A stretch of 64,000 nucleotides of DNA from Felis catus (taxonomy: Eukaryota), in assembly GCF_018350175.1 (NCBI RefSeq), contig NC_058368.1, forward strand, positions 94,862,001 through 94,926,000, written 5' to 3'. How positions within the stretch are numbered: position 1 is the first letter of the stretch; the number at the start of each line of letters is the position of its first letter. Below the pieces are notes generated by a model. That model was not told the DNA's origin and searched no databases. It worked only from the letters and a program-made list of their open reading frames with translations. The position numbers and the translations under genes are program-made. Shown one piece after another: positions 13,296 to 24,999 of this stretch.

Positions 13296-13410
13296 ACTCA
13301 CCAGTGGACTGGGAATGTCTGAAATACCACCATCCTGGGTGCCCAGTGGGTAGCGTCCTGGGTAGTATCGTAGCGGCGGGCAGCTGGGTTCTTTGTGGTT
13401 AGCAACTGGA
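13296..13410 (-). promoter_or_regulatory. Candidate minus-strand promoter/first exon (RFX half-site, small CpG cluster, strong 5' splice site)
   Basis: gttagcaac at 13398-13406; CpGs at ~13354-13378; minus-strand CTG|gtgagt donor, exon end 13302. Confidence 0.3.
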
Positions 13411-14114
13411 TTGGAAGGGCTGGCTTAGGCTGGGTTGAAAAGAAATCCTACTGGAGGTTCCAAAATTTGAGGTCTCTCTCTCTCTCTCTCTCTCGTGCTT
13501 GTGAAGAACCAAAAACCTGTTGTCTGAGGCATGACTAAGTCTTTTAGTTTTTGTTTTTGTTTTTAATCCTTCAACTGGTTGTCCTTATCTAAGCGAGTGA
13601 ATAAGTGATCCAAATAAGTCTAGTAGCCGAGAGATCTCCTCTCCACCCTGCATTTTATCAAATCCCTATAGCTCTATGGACCTTCCTGTACATGGCTCCA
13701 TCACTCTGGGTGTGAAGCCCCAAGGAACGGAGTTCGAAATGTCTACCTGCCTTATCTGTCTTCTCACAGATGCATGGCAGACCGGAGGAGTTCAGTCTCC
13801 ACAACGTTTACCGAGGACGTGCTAGGTGCCAGGCCTTGGGGCAGACACAGAAGACATGATCCCGACAAGACAGGCTGGCTCCTCCAGCAGCTTTTGTTCT
13901 GAAACAGGTAATAGGCTTGAAAGAGGTTTGGTAAAATTCTGCTTTGAGCCCCAGAATAACTTAAGCAAGCCCCAAATACAAATATGACTGCTTTACCCGG
14001 TTTGGGGTGAGTGACACAGGTGTAGAGGCCGAGACTGTCTCTCATCCAGGGTCTGCCCTTTTCTCCACCCCACTGGCCTCCAGGACGGACATGCACAGAT
14101 AGAAAATAAGTCAA

Positions 14115-14341
14115 GGGGCACCTGGGTGGCTCAGTCAGTTAAGCGTCCGACGTCAGCTCAGGTCATGATCTCGCGGTTCATGAGTTCGAGCCCCACATCG
14201 GGCTCTGTGCCGACAGCTCAGAACCTGGAGCCTGCTTCCGATTCTGTGTCTCCCTCTCTGCCCCTCCCCTACTCACACTCTGTCTCTCTCTCTCTCCCTC
14301 TCTCAAAAATAAATAAACATTTAAAAAATAAAAAAAAAAAA
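14115..14341 (+). mobile_element. SINEC_Fc-type SINE
   Basis: Typical; flanks aagtcaag. Confidence 0.93.
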
Positions 14342-15677
14342 GTCAAGACAGAGCCCCAGAGTTACTGCTCATCCAAAAATCCAACTCACATTTCCCCGCA
14401 GATTTATCCTGCTGGTTTTTCTTTTCCGTCGTCTGGTAGATCTGAAGCCCAGATTGGGTCTCAGACCTCTTGAAGCCATAGGCTTCCTGGAAAACGGACG
14501 TGTCTCTCCTGCGTACTGTCCTGTCCAGTTTGTCACAGAAAAAGATTATGCTCTGACCTTTCTGCCGTTGTGCGGGACATATTTTGTTCCTATGTCCTGA
14601 GTGGTGGCTTTTGGGTGGTTCAGGGTGGGTCGGAGCAGGGTGGGGAGGTGCTGTCGGGCTGTCTACTGGAGCGTGGCTGGAGCCGCTCACTCACGGCTGT
14701 GGGTGCCGAGGAGCTGGAGAGAGACAACTGCAGGTGGAAGGAAGGGCCGAGTGTGTGGGGTCAGGGGGATGGGGAGCCGGCAGGGACTGTGTTTCGGCAC
14801 AGGGGGCTCGGACCCTGAAGGAGCAGCACAGTAGGTCTGGCCAGACCCCGCAAACTTGGTCTGTGAACTCAAGCCACAGAGAAAGGGGATCGGCCCCTCT
14901 TGAGCCGGGCCCTGCGTATACTTTATGCCGCCTAATCCTCACAGAAACCCTGGTCGTGGAGCGCTACAGGCAGCTGAAGCGGAATAGATTAAGTCTCGAG
15001 TTCGTGAGACCACACAGAACATGCTAGCCTCAAATTCTGACAGGCCTGCTGATGGCAGAGCTTGTGCTCTCTGCCACCCGTGCCCGGCGGGGAAGGGCCC
15101 CTGCTCACGTGCCATTCAGAACAATACCAGTGGTGGTGTCCTAGGACACGGGGGACAAAGGCTCGACTCCCTGCCGCCTTTCTGTCATTCAGGAGCTGGT
15201 CTCTGGCTGCCAATTTGTATTGACTCCTCTCCCTGTGTTCTGGGGGGCAGTTGACTGCAGCCAGCCCATTCATTCTACCCTGGGACCGCCGCAGGACCAC
15301 ATAGATGCATAGAGACTGGTGAAAAAGCTGTATTTCTAGGTTGAAGTTCATTGTTGCACTGTTAAATTAAATCACAAGATAGAAGATTCCAGATTCCAGT
15401 CGTGTGGCTCCCCCCTGCAGCCCTCCCTGTGAGTGCGTGAGGCCCACAGCTCTGGCCAGCTCTGAGGAGAGGTTCACGGAGGATGCCAGTCCCACCGAGG
15501 GGCGTGGGGCATCAGACCTGTGGACAGAGGTGGTGACCTCTGGGCCACCCATGAGGTCAGCCACACCCCTGGGCTGTCCAGGCCAGTTCCTGGGACTTAG
15601 CCATGACACAGCCTCCTGCAAGAATTCTGGGACGCCTGCCTTTCCAGGTGGAATTTCCCACTTCCTTCTGGCATTCT

Positions 15678-15888
15678 TTCTATTTTAGTGTTTATTTATT
15701 TTTGAGAGACAGAGACTGAACGTGAGCAGAGGAGGGGCAGAGAGAGAGGGAGACACGGAATCTGAAAAAGGCTCCAGGCTCTGAGCTCTCAGCACAGAGC
15801 CCGACTCAGGGTTTGAACTCGTGAACCGTGAGATCATGACCTGAGCTGAAGTCAGACGCTTAACTGACTGAGCGATGCAGGCGCCCCC
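15678..15888 (-). mobile_element. SINEC_Fc-type SINE
   Basis: TSD ttctggcatt. Confidence 0.92.
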
Positions 15889-16289
15889 TTTCTGGCATTA
15901 TTTATGCAATAAAGGGCATGGGGAGTGGGTAGAGTCAACACAGCCCTGCGAGGGGTGGAGGGCTCAGGGCTGGCTCAGGTACCATGCAAGGCTCTGGAGA
16001 TGGAAAAGAAACAGAGCTGGGTGCTCATTTCCACCACGTAGACGCCCTATGGCTGATGCCTCCTTTGGGCTGGTTTGGTTTGTCAAAATAGAACCTTCCT
16101 CTGCTAATAAGCTAGCAGAGCTCACGAGCTGGTTCCACCAACGCTCAGCTACATGTTTCTCAACTGTTGGTTTTTCGTGGCCTCACACCTCTCCGCTCCA
16201 CATTTATTCTGCCGGTTCCCTCCTCTCTCTCCCACCTCCTGATTTCCCAAGCTTCCTCCTAATAAGCTCGGCACAAAGCTGCTGCCATG

Positions 16290-16480
16290 TATTAAGTTCC
16301 CACCAGGTGCCGGGTATGTATTCACCACCATATGTGCCCAAATCTCACTTAATCTTCCTGGCAAACTTAGGTGTCCCTCTTCAGTTTACCAATGAGAAAA
16401 CACGCCCAGAGAGGTTCAGTAACTTGCTGGGCATTGCACAGCTTCTCATAAGCGGTGGAAACTGGGATTTGAGCCTCTGT
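16290..16480 (-). mobile_element. MIR fragment
   Basis: tttacc.atgagaaaac..gcccagagaggttcagtaacttgc reverse MIR core. Confidence 0.7.
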
Positions 16481-16559
16481 CTGATGCCAGGCTGTGCTCC
16501 CGGCAGTGCCTCCCTGCCCTGTACTGCTCTGGGGATGGCACGTGGGTGGGGGGAGGGCT

Positions 16560-17830
16560 AAGAGTGTACCACTCTGAGCGGGGGTAAGAGGCCATTCTGC
16601 ACATCGCACTTCCGGATCTGTGATGTTGGTAGCGGACACCTGAACCTCGCATTCGGCTGCTGCTCCCGGGAACTGGCAGGATCACGCTACCTGGGGCTCT
16701 GGGTGTTTGCTGTTGGCAGAAGCTCCTCCAGGGCTGCCTGATGCTCTGAGCAGGCCATCAAGGCCCCGCTCCCCGGGGCAGCAGCTGTTATTCTCAGCCC
16801 AGTGATCTGAGCAGGGCCTCCCAGAGAAGAGTTATTGCAAACCTGGCCTTAACCCCTCCCTCTTCCAGTGACTGCCGCTCCTGGCCCTGGCTGGAAGTCT
16901 AGATTGCAAGATAAGGAAGGAGCGGGGCCAATTTTCTGGTGGCTTCTTGGCATCGAGCTCTCGTGTTTTTGCAGCAGCCACAGGCCCTACCTACATCCTT
17001 CCTGGAGACGCGAGGGTGGAACAAAAGCAAACCCCCCTCTCCCCACTTCCCCAGCTCCTGGCGTGGAGGCCGTCTTGATCTGCTAGGCACAGAGCCTCCC
17101 TTTGCCTGGCGGGGGCTTCTGTATGGCCCCCATTAGAAAAGCATGGTTTTTGAGGGGCTCCTGGAAATGTGTTGCAGGTGGGCTCCCGGACGCTTGGCTT
17201 CGCCGCTGCCTCTTCGGCTCTGTTTGCTTTGCCTAATTGTGTTTTCTCTGCTGATTTGCCTGAGTAAAGTTTTTCTTCCCCCCTTTGTGCGAGGTCTCCA
17301 TGGTGCATCTGGTACCCATTTGGCTGGGGAGGGGGCAGAAGCAGGGTGGTTAATTGAATGCTTGGCACGCGGCTGCGAGGAGCAAACTGAGAAGAGAAGC
17401 AAGTCCTGGGAGAGCTTGGGGAATGCGGTTGGCCAGAGCCTTTGTACAAGGCGCAGACTCCACAGCATCCGTCCTTCCGCTTGGTTTCTGTCCAGAAACA
17501 GCGCCGCAAGAAGCTGAAGGAAGGACTTTGGGGGCGATTCTGACACTAGCTTGCGACTCCTGCTTTGGCATATGCCCATCTCTCCTGCGCAGAGCCCAGG
17601 GCTTCTCAGCAGGTGGCCCTGCCTGCAGGAAGTGGGGTGGGGGGGTGAGGAGGCGGGGCTGGGAAAGATACCTGGGTCTCTATTCTTGCCTCCGTCTAGC
17701 TTGCGGTCGGGCCTCGAGTTCCGCAGCAGGAATCTTGGCTCTGGACTGCGGTCTGCTGTGGGGACGCCGCACAGAAGCAAAAGTGAAGCAGCACCACTTC
17801 AAGCCCCGGCTGTGGCAGGGGCGCCCTTTC
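16560..17830. promoter_or_regulatory. GC/CpG-enriched, repeat-free candidate enhancer or weak CpG island
   Basis: Many CpGs (e.g. ggcacgcggctgcgagg, gcggtcgggcctcgagttccgc), plus forkhead-like tgtttgct and homeobox-like ctaattg/ttaattg at ~17220-17357. Confidence 0.45.
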
Positions 17831-17916
17831 CCTGTTCACCTGCCTGCCTGTCTGGGCCTCTGACTTTGAGAGGTCAAAAAGACCCTGGGCTTCAGAGTCA
17901 CACAATTTGGGTTTCA

Positions 17917-18137
17917 GGGGCGCCTGGGGGGCTCAGTCAGTTAAGCTTCAGACTCTTGATTTCAGCTCAGGTCATGATCTCACGGTTCGTGCGATCAAGC
18001 CCTGGATCAGGCAATGCCCTGGGACAAGCCTGGATCAGGTTTGGGACTCTCTCTCTCTCTCTCTCTCTCTGCCCCTCCCCTGCATGTGCACATGTGCTCC
18101 CTGTCTCTCAAAAATAAATAAACTTAAAAAAAAAAAA
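17917..18137 (+). mobile_element. CanSINE with internal duplication
   Basis: TSD tttgggtttca. Confidence 0.9.
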
Positions 18138-19779
18138 GTTTGGGTTTCAAATTGCGGTTCCTACTTCATGCATGCCTTTCAGTGAATGCCTATTCATTTT
18201 GGAGCCTCTATTTCCCCGTCTGTAAAATGGGACCAATTATACTGTTGGGAAGAGTAAATGAAATGGTTCCAAACATACATCAGCTCTGTACCTCTTTCAC
18301 AACTATACATATCGCTTCAATCCGCACAACCATAGTAGGAGGGTAGTGTCTTCATTACCATCGCCATCCCTGTTTTATGGAGGACGAAATTGAGGCAGAG
18401 ACAAGCCAAGTGACTTGTGCATGGTCTCACGGCCAGGCAAGGAGTGTGGCCTGGAGCAGGTGCACCCGGGCTGGGCCACGGCTGGTGGGAGGAGGCACAC
18501 TCTGGACAGGAGCCCCTTCTCTCGTTACCTCAGACCTGCTGGAGCCATTCAGGAAAGGACAGTGACGTGGGACCAGCAGACAGAGTACGGGAATGGGATC
18601 TGAGGAGAGGAGGCTGGGTCAGGGGGACATGCCAGGCAGGGAGCCTGAGGGCTGGGGAACTGGGGCCGGCCAGGGCTGTTCCGGCTGCCCCCACCCAGGC
18701 CACAGCTTCTCCATGCCAGGTGTTCTCGAAATCCACACAGTCTGTTTGCGGCCCTGATGCTTCTGATCATGGGTCAGCCCTGGTGGCCTGCTGCTTCTTC
18801 TCCCAACATATCCAGATTTGCAGCTTCTCCATCTGATTGCTCTTCCTCAGCCTCTGGGCACCTGTAAGAGGGGCCAGTGTGCCCCCAGCACCTCGCCGCC
18901 TCCCTGCGTCTCCTGTGAGAGGGGCCAGTCTCTGATTTGGGTCCTGCCTGCACCCGTCCCTGCCCCAGCCTGCGAGCTGTCATTACAGCAGTATCACTCC
19001 TCCTGGCACAGACCAGGGTTTCCTCGAGGAAGGAGGTGGCCCTGAAGCTGGTTTCCTGTGCCTCTGGACCTTACCCAACCCTGCGAAGGGTGACCTGCTT
19101 GGGTGTTGTGGATGGGGCCCTTCTGGGAAGGGAGTGCCCTAAAGGAGAAAGGTGCCTGCCTTCACTGGATGGACTTGAAGGACTCCCACTTACCGCTCTA
19201 CTGGAGATGCGCTGCTCCTACAAGAACAGTGGGGAGAGAAGAGAGAGTGCCATGGGGAAGAGCATGGGGGGAGGGGGGAGACCCCAGGGAGCATGCCGAG
19301 TGGCTGGCCATGTCTCCGTGCTCGATTCCGTGCGTGTTTTACACACATCTAATCAGGTCGAGCTCTCTGGGCCCTGCAGGGTATGTTCTCACCTGTCACC
19401 TGACTGGCCTCACCCCCCAGGTTGGAGGCACAGGGCTGACGGGAAGGGCTGTGGGATCCATCCTGTGGGCGAGATTCGGCTTGGTGAGCTGGCTTCCTGC
19501 TCTGATCAGTTTCCCCCCCGATGGAAATGGGGACCGCAATGCCACCTCTCACGTGAAAACAAGGCACCTAGGCTGCCTGGCACACGATATGTATTCGAGA
19601 GAAGACAGGTCCTTCTTTGTGAGGTTAACAGAGAAGGTCTTTGGCATACGTCCCACTCATGTGGAAGACTTTTGGAGCTGACCTTCTCGGCTTCTAATAA
19701 CTCTTATCTCTGTACCTCTGACCTTCTTCCCAGGTCCAGTGCCCTCACACCCCTCATGCTGCCCTGGGAACCAGTGGGG

Positions 19780-20720
19780 TGAGCAGCCAGCCAGCCCACA
19801 AGAGCAGGGAAATCTGTGTTTGCACCCAAAAGACCTACATGAGTGGCTTTCAATGCTTTCCTGTCCAATAACTACGTACATGGGCAGTTCAGCACCCATG
19901 ACCGGATGTAAATGCAAGGCACTGAGAGGTAGACCTCTCAGGGGACAAAGATCATTGACCCTGCATACAGCAATCAACTTAGACCTGCTCAGTGCTGGCT
20001 GAGGTGGAGGGCAGTGGAGAATGGGTGGTAGAAATGGACAGTATCGGCTATGGCCTCGAGATTAGCTGGAGCGGGGGGACTGGAGCTCATATCACTCACT
20101 CTCTTGCATGAAGTCCTGGCAGAAGTCGCAGCTTTGGGTAAAGACTCAGTTGGACTTGGAGGGTCCGTGACAGATGTGAAGGGTGAAAGGGGCTTCCCTT
20201 GGGCCTCAGTTCAATTCTCCTCTCAGGGAGACACTCCCTACTTTACAGACTGTTGGAGGGACCGTTCTGGACTGGCTTCAAAGCAGCTCAGCCCAAGAAC
20301 AATGTGACAGTGTCTGGCCCCGGGCGTTCTAGAAGCTGCTGTGTGGCATTCACCCTGGGATGGCCTGGAGATGCGGGTAAGTTCTTGCAAGAGGCCCCCA
20401 CTGAGCAATGGGAGACAGGAGCCTGGAGGTAAATGCTCACCCGTTCCATTCCCTGAGTGGAAAAATCTGAGCTACAGCCCCTCAGGCTCTTCAGAAGGTC
20501 CCTGAGATTGGTCATCCATCACCCATAACTCATCCGTCACCCACAGGTCATGGGTGCTGAACTGCCCATCTACCAGAGGTCATCTATCGCCTTTCCCACT
20601 TTTCCTGTTTCACTCCTCAGGTCCTCTCTCTGGATCCCTGGGATCACTTCCCATATAAACTACCTTCAGGTAGACCTGTGTCTCAGGCACAGCTTTTAGG
20701 GGAACTCACATGAAGCCAGC
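19780..20720 (+). mobile_element. Ancient ERVL remnant: internal 3' end plus LTR16-like LTR (~20190-20720)
   Basis: Purine tract gtgaagggtgaaagggg followed by LTR16-like motifs (caatgggagacaggagcctggaggtaaatgc; ccctgggatcacttcccatataaactacct..gtctcagg..cttttaggggaac). Confidence 0.6.
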
Positions 20721-21160
20721 CATGTATAAAGCTTAAAGAGGGAGGAGAAGGGGCGGAACAATCTTTTCACAGAGTAGGATTGTAAAACCACCGAGCGCGC
20801 TGGGGTCCTATTTGGGGTGTGCAGTAATGTGTTGAAAGTAAACCCTCCAGCCACTTTATATCTTCTGTCACAACTTCAAGCCTCTCAGCTGTGGTCACAA
20901 ACTATACGAGTAGGGATTTAATCTTGAATGGGCTTTTGCCAGATGAATTCGATGAAAAGAAAAAGGCATGGAAATGAGAGAATACACAAAGCAGTCACTA
21001 TAATGATACATCATGGAATTAAGCAGAACAAGGAGGCAAGTGAGGATATGAGGAGATATATATACATATCACATATGTTAATATCTCCTTATATATACAA
21101 TCCCATTATATATAAATAATCTTTGCATTTATACGGACATATACGTTATCTTTGCATATA

Positions 21161-21409
21161 CAGTAAAACCTTGGATTGCGAGTAACTTGGTAACTTGTTC
21201 TGCAGGTGTTCCACAAGACGAGCAAACACTTCTAATAAATTTTAACTTGATAAGCGAGCGACGTCTTGCAATAAGAGTAGTACGTGACACCAAATGTCAC
21301 ATGATCACAACTGAGCTAATGGTTCTTGAAATTCACTTTGATATATGAGTGCTTTGGATTACAAGCATGTCTCTGGAACGAATTATGCTTGCAAACCAAA
21401 GTTTCACTG
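21161..21409. mobile_element. Tc1/mariner-type MITE, 249 bp, complete
   Basis: Imperfect TIRs cagtaaaaccttggattgc / gcaaaccaaagtttcactg; TA duplication at 21159-21160 and 21410-21411. Confidence 0.9.
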
Positions 21410-21429
21410 TATTTTGTATCTTTATAAAG

Positions 21430-21810
21430 AAAGATACAAAGGTGGTAAAGTCATGGATTGAGACCAGAGAGAACTGATACTGGGGTTTAGAACACAAGCA
21501 TGAGAGTGTGGCTGGGGCCCCGGGGAGTAGAAATGAAAGATTGTTGGAGGTGAGGAGGTCATAGAGTTCAGGGAGCAAGGTGTGGAATGGACCACTATTC
21601 TTCAAGGTTGTTAAGTCACCAAGAATGGTGTCAGGAATAAACATGGAGAGCCAGATGCTGGAGTCATTAATGAACGAAGGAGAGTAAGTTGGTAGATAAC
21701 AGTGGCAGGTAGTAAAGTGTGCCCTGAATTTTGAAGGATGGGAGTTTTGAAGGAGGAGTAAAGAGAACTGAATTACAGGTACAATGGGACAGCTATCCCA
21801 CCCTTGAGCC
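21430..21810 (-). mobile_element. L2 (CR1-clade) ORF2 endonuclease-region fragment
   Basis: Minus translation TILGDLTT...DLLTSNNL...PATL resembles L2 EN (ILGDFN...DLL.S.DL). Confidence 0.6.
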
Positions 21811-22093
21811 TTGATGAAGCCCAAATAACCTCCACTTGAGAGTCTGCAGATGAGGTGGCGTTTGCAGAGCACAGCCAACTTTCCATTAGGGCAAGACAGG
21901 AAGACACCTTACAACAAAAGACACAGGGCACAGATAGAGGCATTTGCTGCTGATGACAGATCCTGTGTGTCAGGATGAATAGTACATAAAAGTTGGGAAC
22001 GTGGACAAGGAGTAAGAAACAGAGACAACACTTGCCTTGTAGGATTATTGTCAATTGGAGGGATAAGTTTATATAAGTGGCCAGTAGCCTTCT

Positions 22094-22561
22094 GGTGAAG
22101 GTGATGAGGATGATGATGATGATGATGATGATGGTGATGATGGTGGTCATGGTGGTCATGGTGATGATGGTGGTCATGGTGGTCATGGTGATGACGGTGG
22201 TCATGGTGATGATGGTGATGATGGTGATGATGGTGGTCATGGTGTTGATGGTGGTGATGGTGATGATGGTGATGATGGTGGTGATGGTGATGATGGTGAT
22301 GATGGTGATGATGGTGATGATGATGGTGATGATGGTGATGATGGTGGTGATGATGTTGATGATGGTGGTCATGGTGATGGTGGCAATGATGGTGATGATG
22401 GTGGTCATGGTGATGGTGGTGATGGTGGTGATGATGGTGGTCATGGTGATGGTGGTGGTGATGGTGGTGATCATGCTGATCATGGTGATCATGGTGATCA
22501 TGGTGGTAATCATGGTGATCATGGTGATGACATTAGTGGTGGTGATGGTGATGATAATGAT
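22094..22561. repeat. Imperfect trinucleotide tandem array (GAT/GGT/CAT)n, ~470 bp
   Basis: Direct reading; produces the low-complexity M/V and T/I ORFs in the track. Confidence 0.97.
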
Positions 22562-22599
22562 CTCAAGAAGAGCAAGAGCTAAAGATGAATTATAGGTAG

Positions 22600-22745
22600 A
22601 GTCAGGAGAAGCACAGTCTAGGAATCAAGTGTCCTTGAGTCTCATCCTGGCTCTGCTGTCTACTAGCTGTATAGCCTGGAACAAATCAATCACCTTTCCT
22701 CTCTGGACCATGGTTGCTTCATCTATAAAATGACAGGGTTGGATA
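22600..22745 (+). mobile_element. MIR fragment
   Basis: tcctggctctgc...tactagctgt...aaatca...cttcatctataaaatg. Confidence 0.7.
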
Positions 22746-23536
22746 ACATCAGTGGCTGTCAACTCGGAAGTGGCAGAGTGGTCATACATACAATAGAGGT
22801 GATAATTCCCTGAAATACTTTTTCAAAATGTATATTTGCTTCCCCCAAGTTCCCCTAACCCCTACCCCACCATCCCAAGAGGTCAAATCTTATTCTCTGG
22901 GGTTAAGGACCCTGAACAGGCATTTTTAAAAAGTCCTCCAGGTGATTTAATAAATGCTCCCCTCACCCCCAGCCCTGTTTTCTTTCTTTAGGGAATTGCT
23001 GTGCCAAGAAGCTGGTCTTTCCTTTCTCACATGTCATTGCCCAGAAAGTGATAGTGGGAAAGATGTGGTTTGTCAGGCAGAGCTGGGCCAGAGCATTTAT
23101 CAAAAGGACCAGATGCCCTGAGCTCTGCCCTTGGTGGGCAGATGGCCAGAGAATAGGCAGGGTTATTTTTATAGCTTTGTTCTTTGGGCATTTCCCCATT
23201 GAAATGCATAAGAATGAGAACTGAATCAGCACAGGTCAGTTTTGTTGCTATTGTTTTTGGGTTTTTGTCAATTATCAGACCACACCGTGCTGTAGGCCAG
23301 CCTAGGCGTTGACTAACTTTGAACAGGGCGGCCCCTCGGCCAGTCATCAGGGGGAAACCTAGGAAGTCCACACACAGTGGTGGTAGTGAACCCAGCACAC
23401 CACACACAGGCCTATGTCAAGCCCCCTTGTATCCCCAATACCTAGAAATACACTCAGCACATAGTAGGGATGCAACAAATACTTGTCAAACTGAAATATA
23501 AGGGAAGGCAGCAATAGATCAAAAGGATAGCAGTTT

Positions 23537-24007
23537 GGGGGCACCTGGGTGGCTCAGCCAGTTAAGTGTCTGATTACAGCTCAGGTCGTGATCTCACGGT
23601 TTATGGGTTCGAGGCCCGTGTCAGGCTCTGTGCTGACAGCTTAGAGCCTGGAGCCTGCTTCGGATTCTGTGTCTCCCTCTCTCTTTGCCTCTAACCCGCT
23701 TGCATTCTGTCTCTGTCTCTCTCAAAAACAAACATTAAAAAAATTTTTTTAGGGGCGCCTGGGTGGCGCAGTCGGTTGAGCGTCCGACTTCAGCCAGGTC
23801 ACGATCTCGCGGTCCGCGAGTTCGAGCCCCGCGTCAGGCTCTCGGCTGATGGCTCAGAGCCTGGAGCCTGTCTCCGATTCTGTCTCCCTCTCTCTGCCCC
23901 TCCCCCGTTCATGCTCTGTCTCTCTCTGTCCCAAAAATAAATAAACGTTGAAAAAATTTTAAAAAAAATTTTTTTTAAATAAATAAACATTATTATTATT
24001 TTTTTTT
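23537..24007 (+). mobile_element. Older SINEC_Fc-type SINE hosting a nested young SINE in its tail
   Basis: TSD aaaggatagcagttt at 23522-23536 and 24008-24022 brackets both elements. Confidence 0.9.
23752..23975 (+). mobile_element. Young felid SINE (SINEC_Fc young subfamily-like)
   Basis: Nearly all CpGs retained (gggcgcctgggtggcgcagtcgg...cacgatctcgcggtccgcgagttcgagccccgcgtc); distinct ggctgatggctcagagcctggagcctgt variant. Confidence 0.93.
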
Positions 24008-24665
24008 AAAGGATAGCAGTTTAGGGGAATGCATTCATTTTCAACTGCAGGAGAAAGAATAACTCCAGAGAACTACAACGTTATGCTGAGCCAAATTAGC
24101 AGTGAAATTGAAGAGCAGGATAAAATGACTGACATGCAAGGGTTCAGCCCCCACAGATCCTCTCTGAGAAGATACACTTGAGTGTTTCTAGCAAGAAGAA
24201 AAGCGACCCTAAGAAAGTGATCAAGTCACAGGAAGGTGGTAAGCCAATAAACCTATAAGCTTAATTGTTAAATCTTAAAAGATTTTGATAGCGTGATGTG
24301 AAAAATAATGAATAGAACTAAACAAAAACTAAAATCCCAAATGATTTCAATGTGGTGGGTTTGGGACACAGAAGAAATTGAAAGCAGGCTAATATTGGAA
24401 TTACATCAAATCAATAGATAACTTTTCAGGGTAAGTATAGAGATATTGACAAATACCTGAGCTACATAGAAAGATATATGCTTAAGTGTGTTTTAAAGTG
24501 TAAGGATAATCACCAGAAAAAATAGAAATAGGGTATATAATGTCTAAACTATTGGAGGAAAAAAAATTCAAAGAATTCAAAATCCATTGAAACAGATGGT
24601 TTAAAAAAGGAAAACTAACAAAGACATTTTTAAAGTGGATACATGGTAAACATTATAATAAGGCT

Positions 24666-24875
24666 GGGGGCACCTGGGTGGCTCAGTCGGTTAAGCATCC
24701 AACTTCAGCTCAGGTCATGATCTCGTAGTTCGTGGGGTCAAGCCCTGCGTTGGGCTGTGCTGACAGCTCAGAGACTGGATCTTGTTTCGGATTCTGTGTC
24801 TCCCTCTCTCTCTGCCCCTCCCCCATTCACACTCTGTCTCTCTCAAAAATGAATAAACATTAAAAAAAATTTTTA
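24666..24875 (+). mobile_element. SINEC_Fc-type SINE within old L1 sequence (~24020-25000)
   Basis: Typical body; flanks aataaggct. Confidence 0.9.
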
Positions 24876-24999
24876 AACATTAAATAAGGCTTTAGAAATA
24901 TATCCAGTCATATTAGTTATCACAATGTATGTAAATGGGCTAAATTTCTCCTATTAAAAGACAGAGACTCACTAACTGGGGAAAATAAAATCCACTGTG

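Noticed and set aside
14343..19782. Many overlapping 100-280 aa ORFs on both strands
   Set aside because: Expected in GC-rich DNA; no recognisable domains, and several run through SINE/MIR sequence.
21773..22595. 172-aa M/V-rich and 249-aa T/I-rich ORFs
   Set aside because: Artefacts of the trinucleotide array; no splice or promoter context and no complex sequence.
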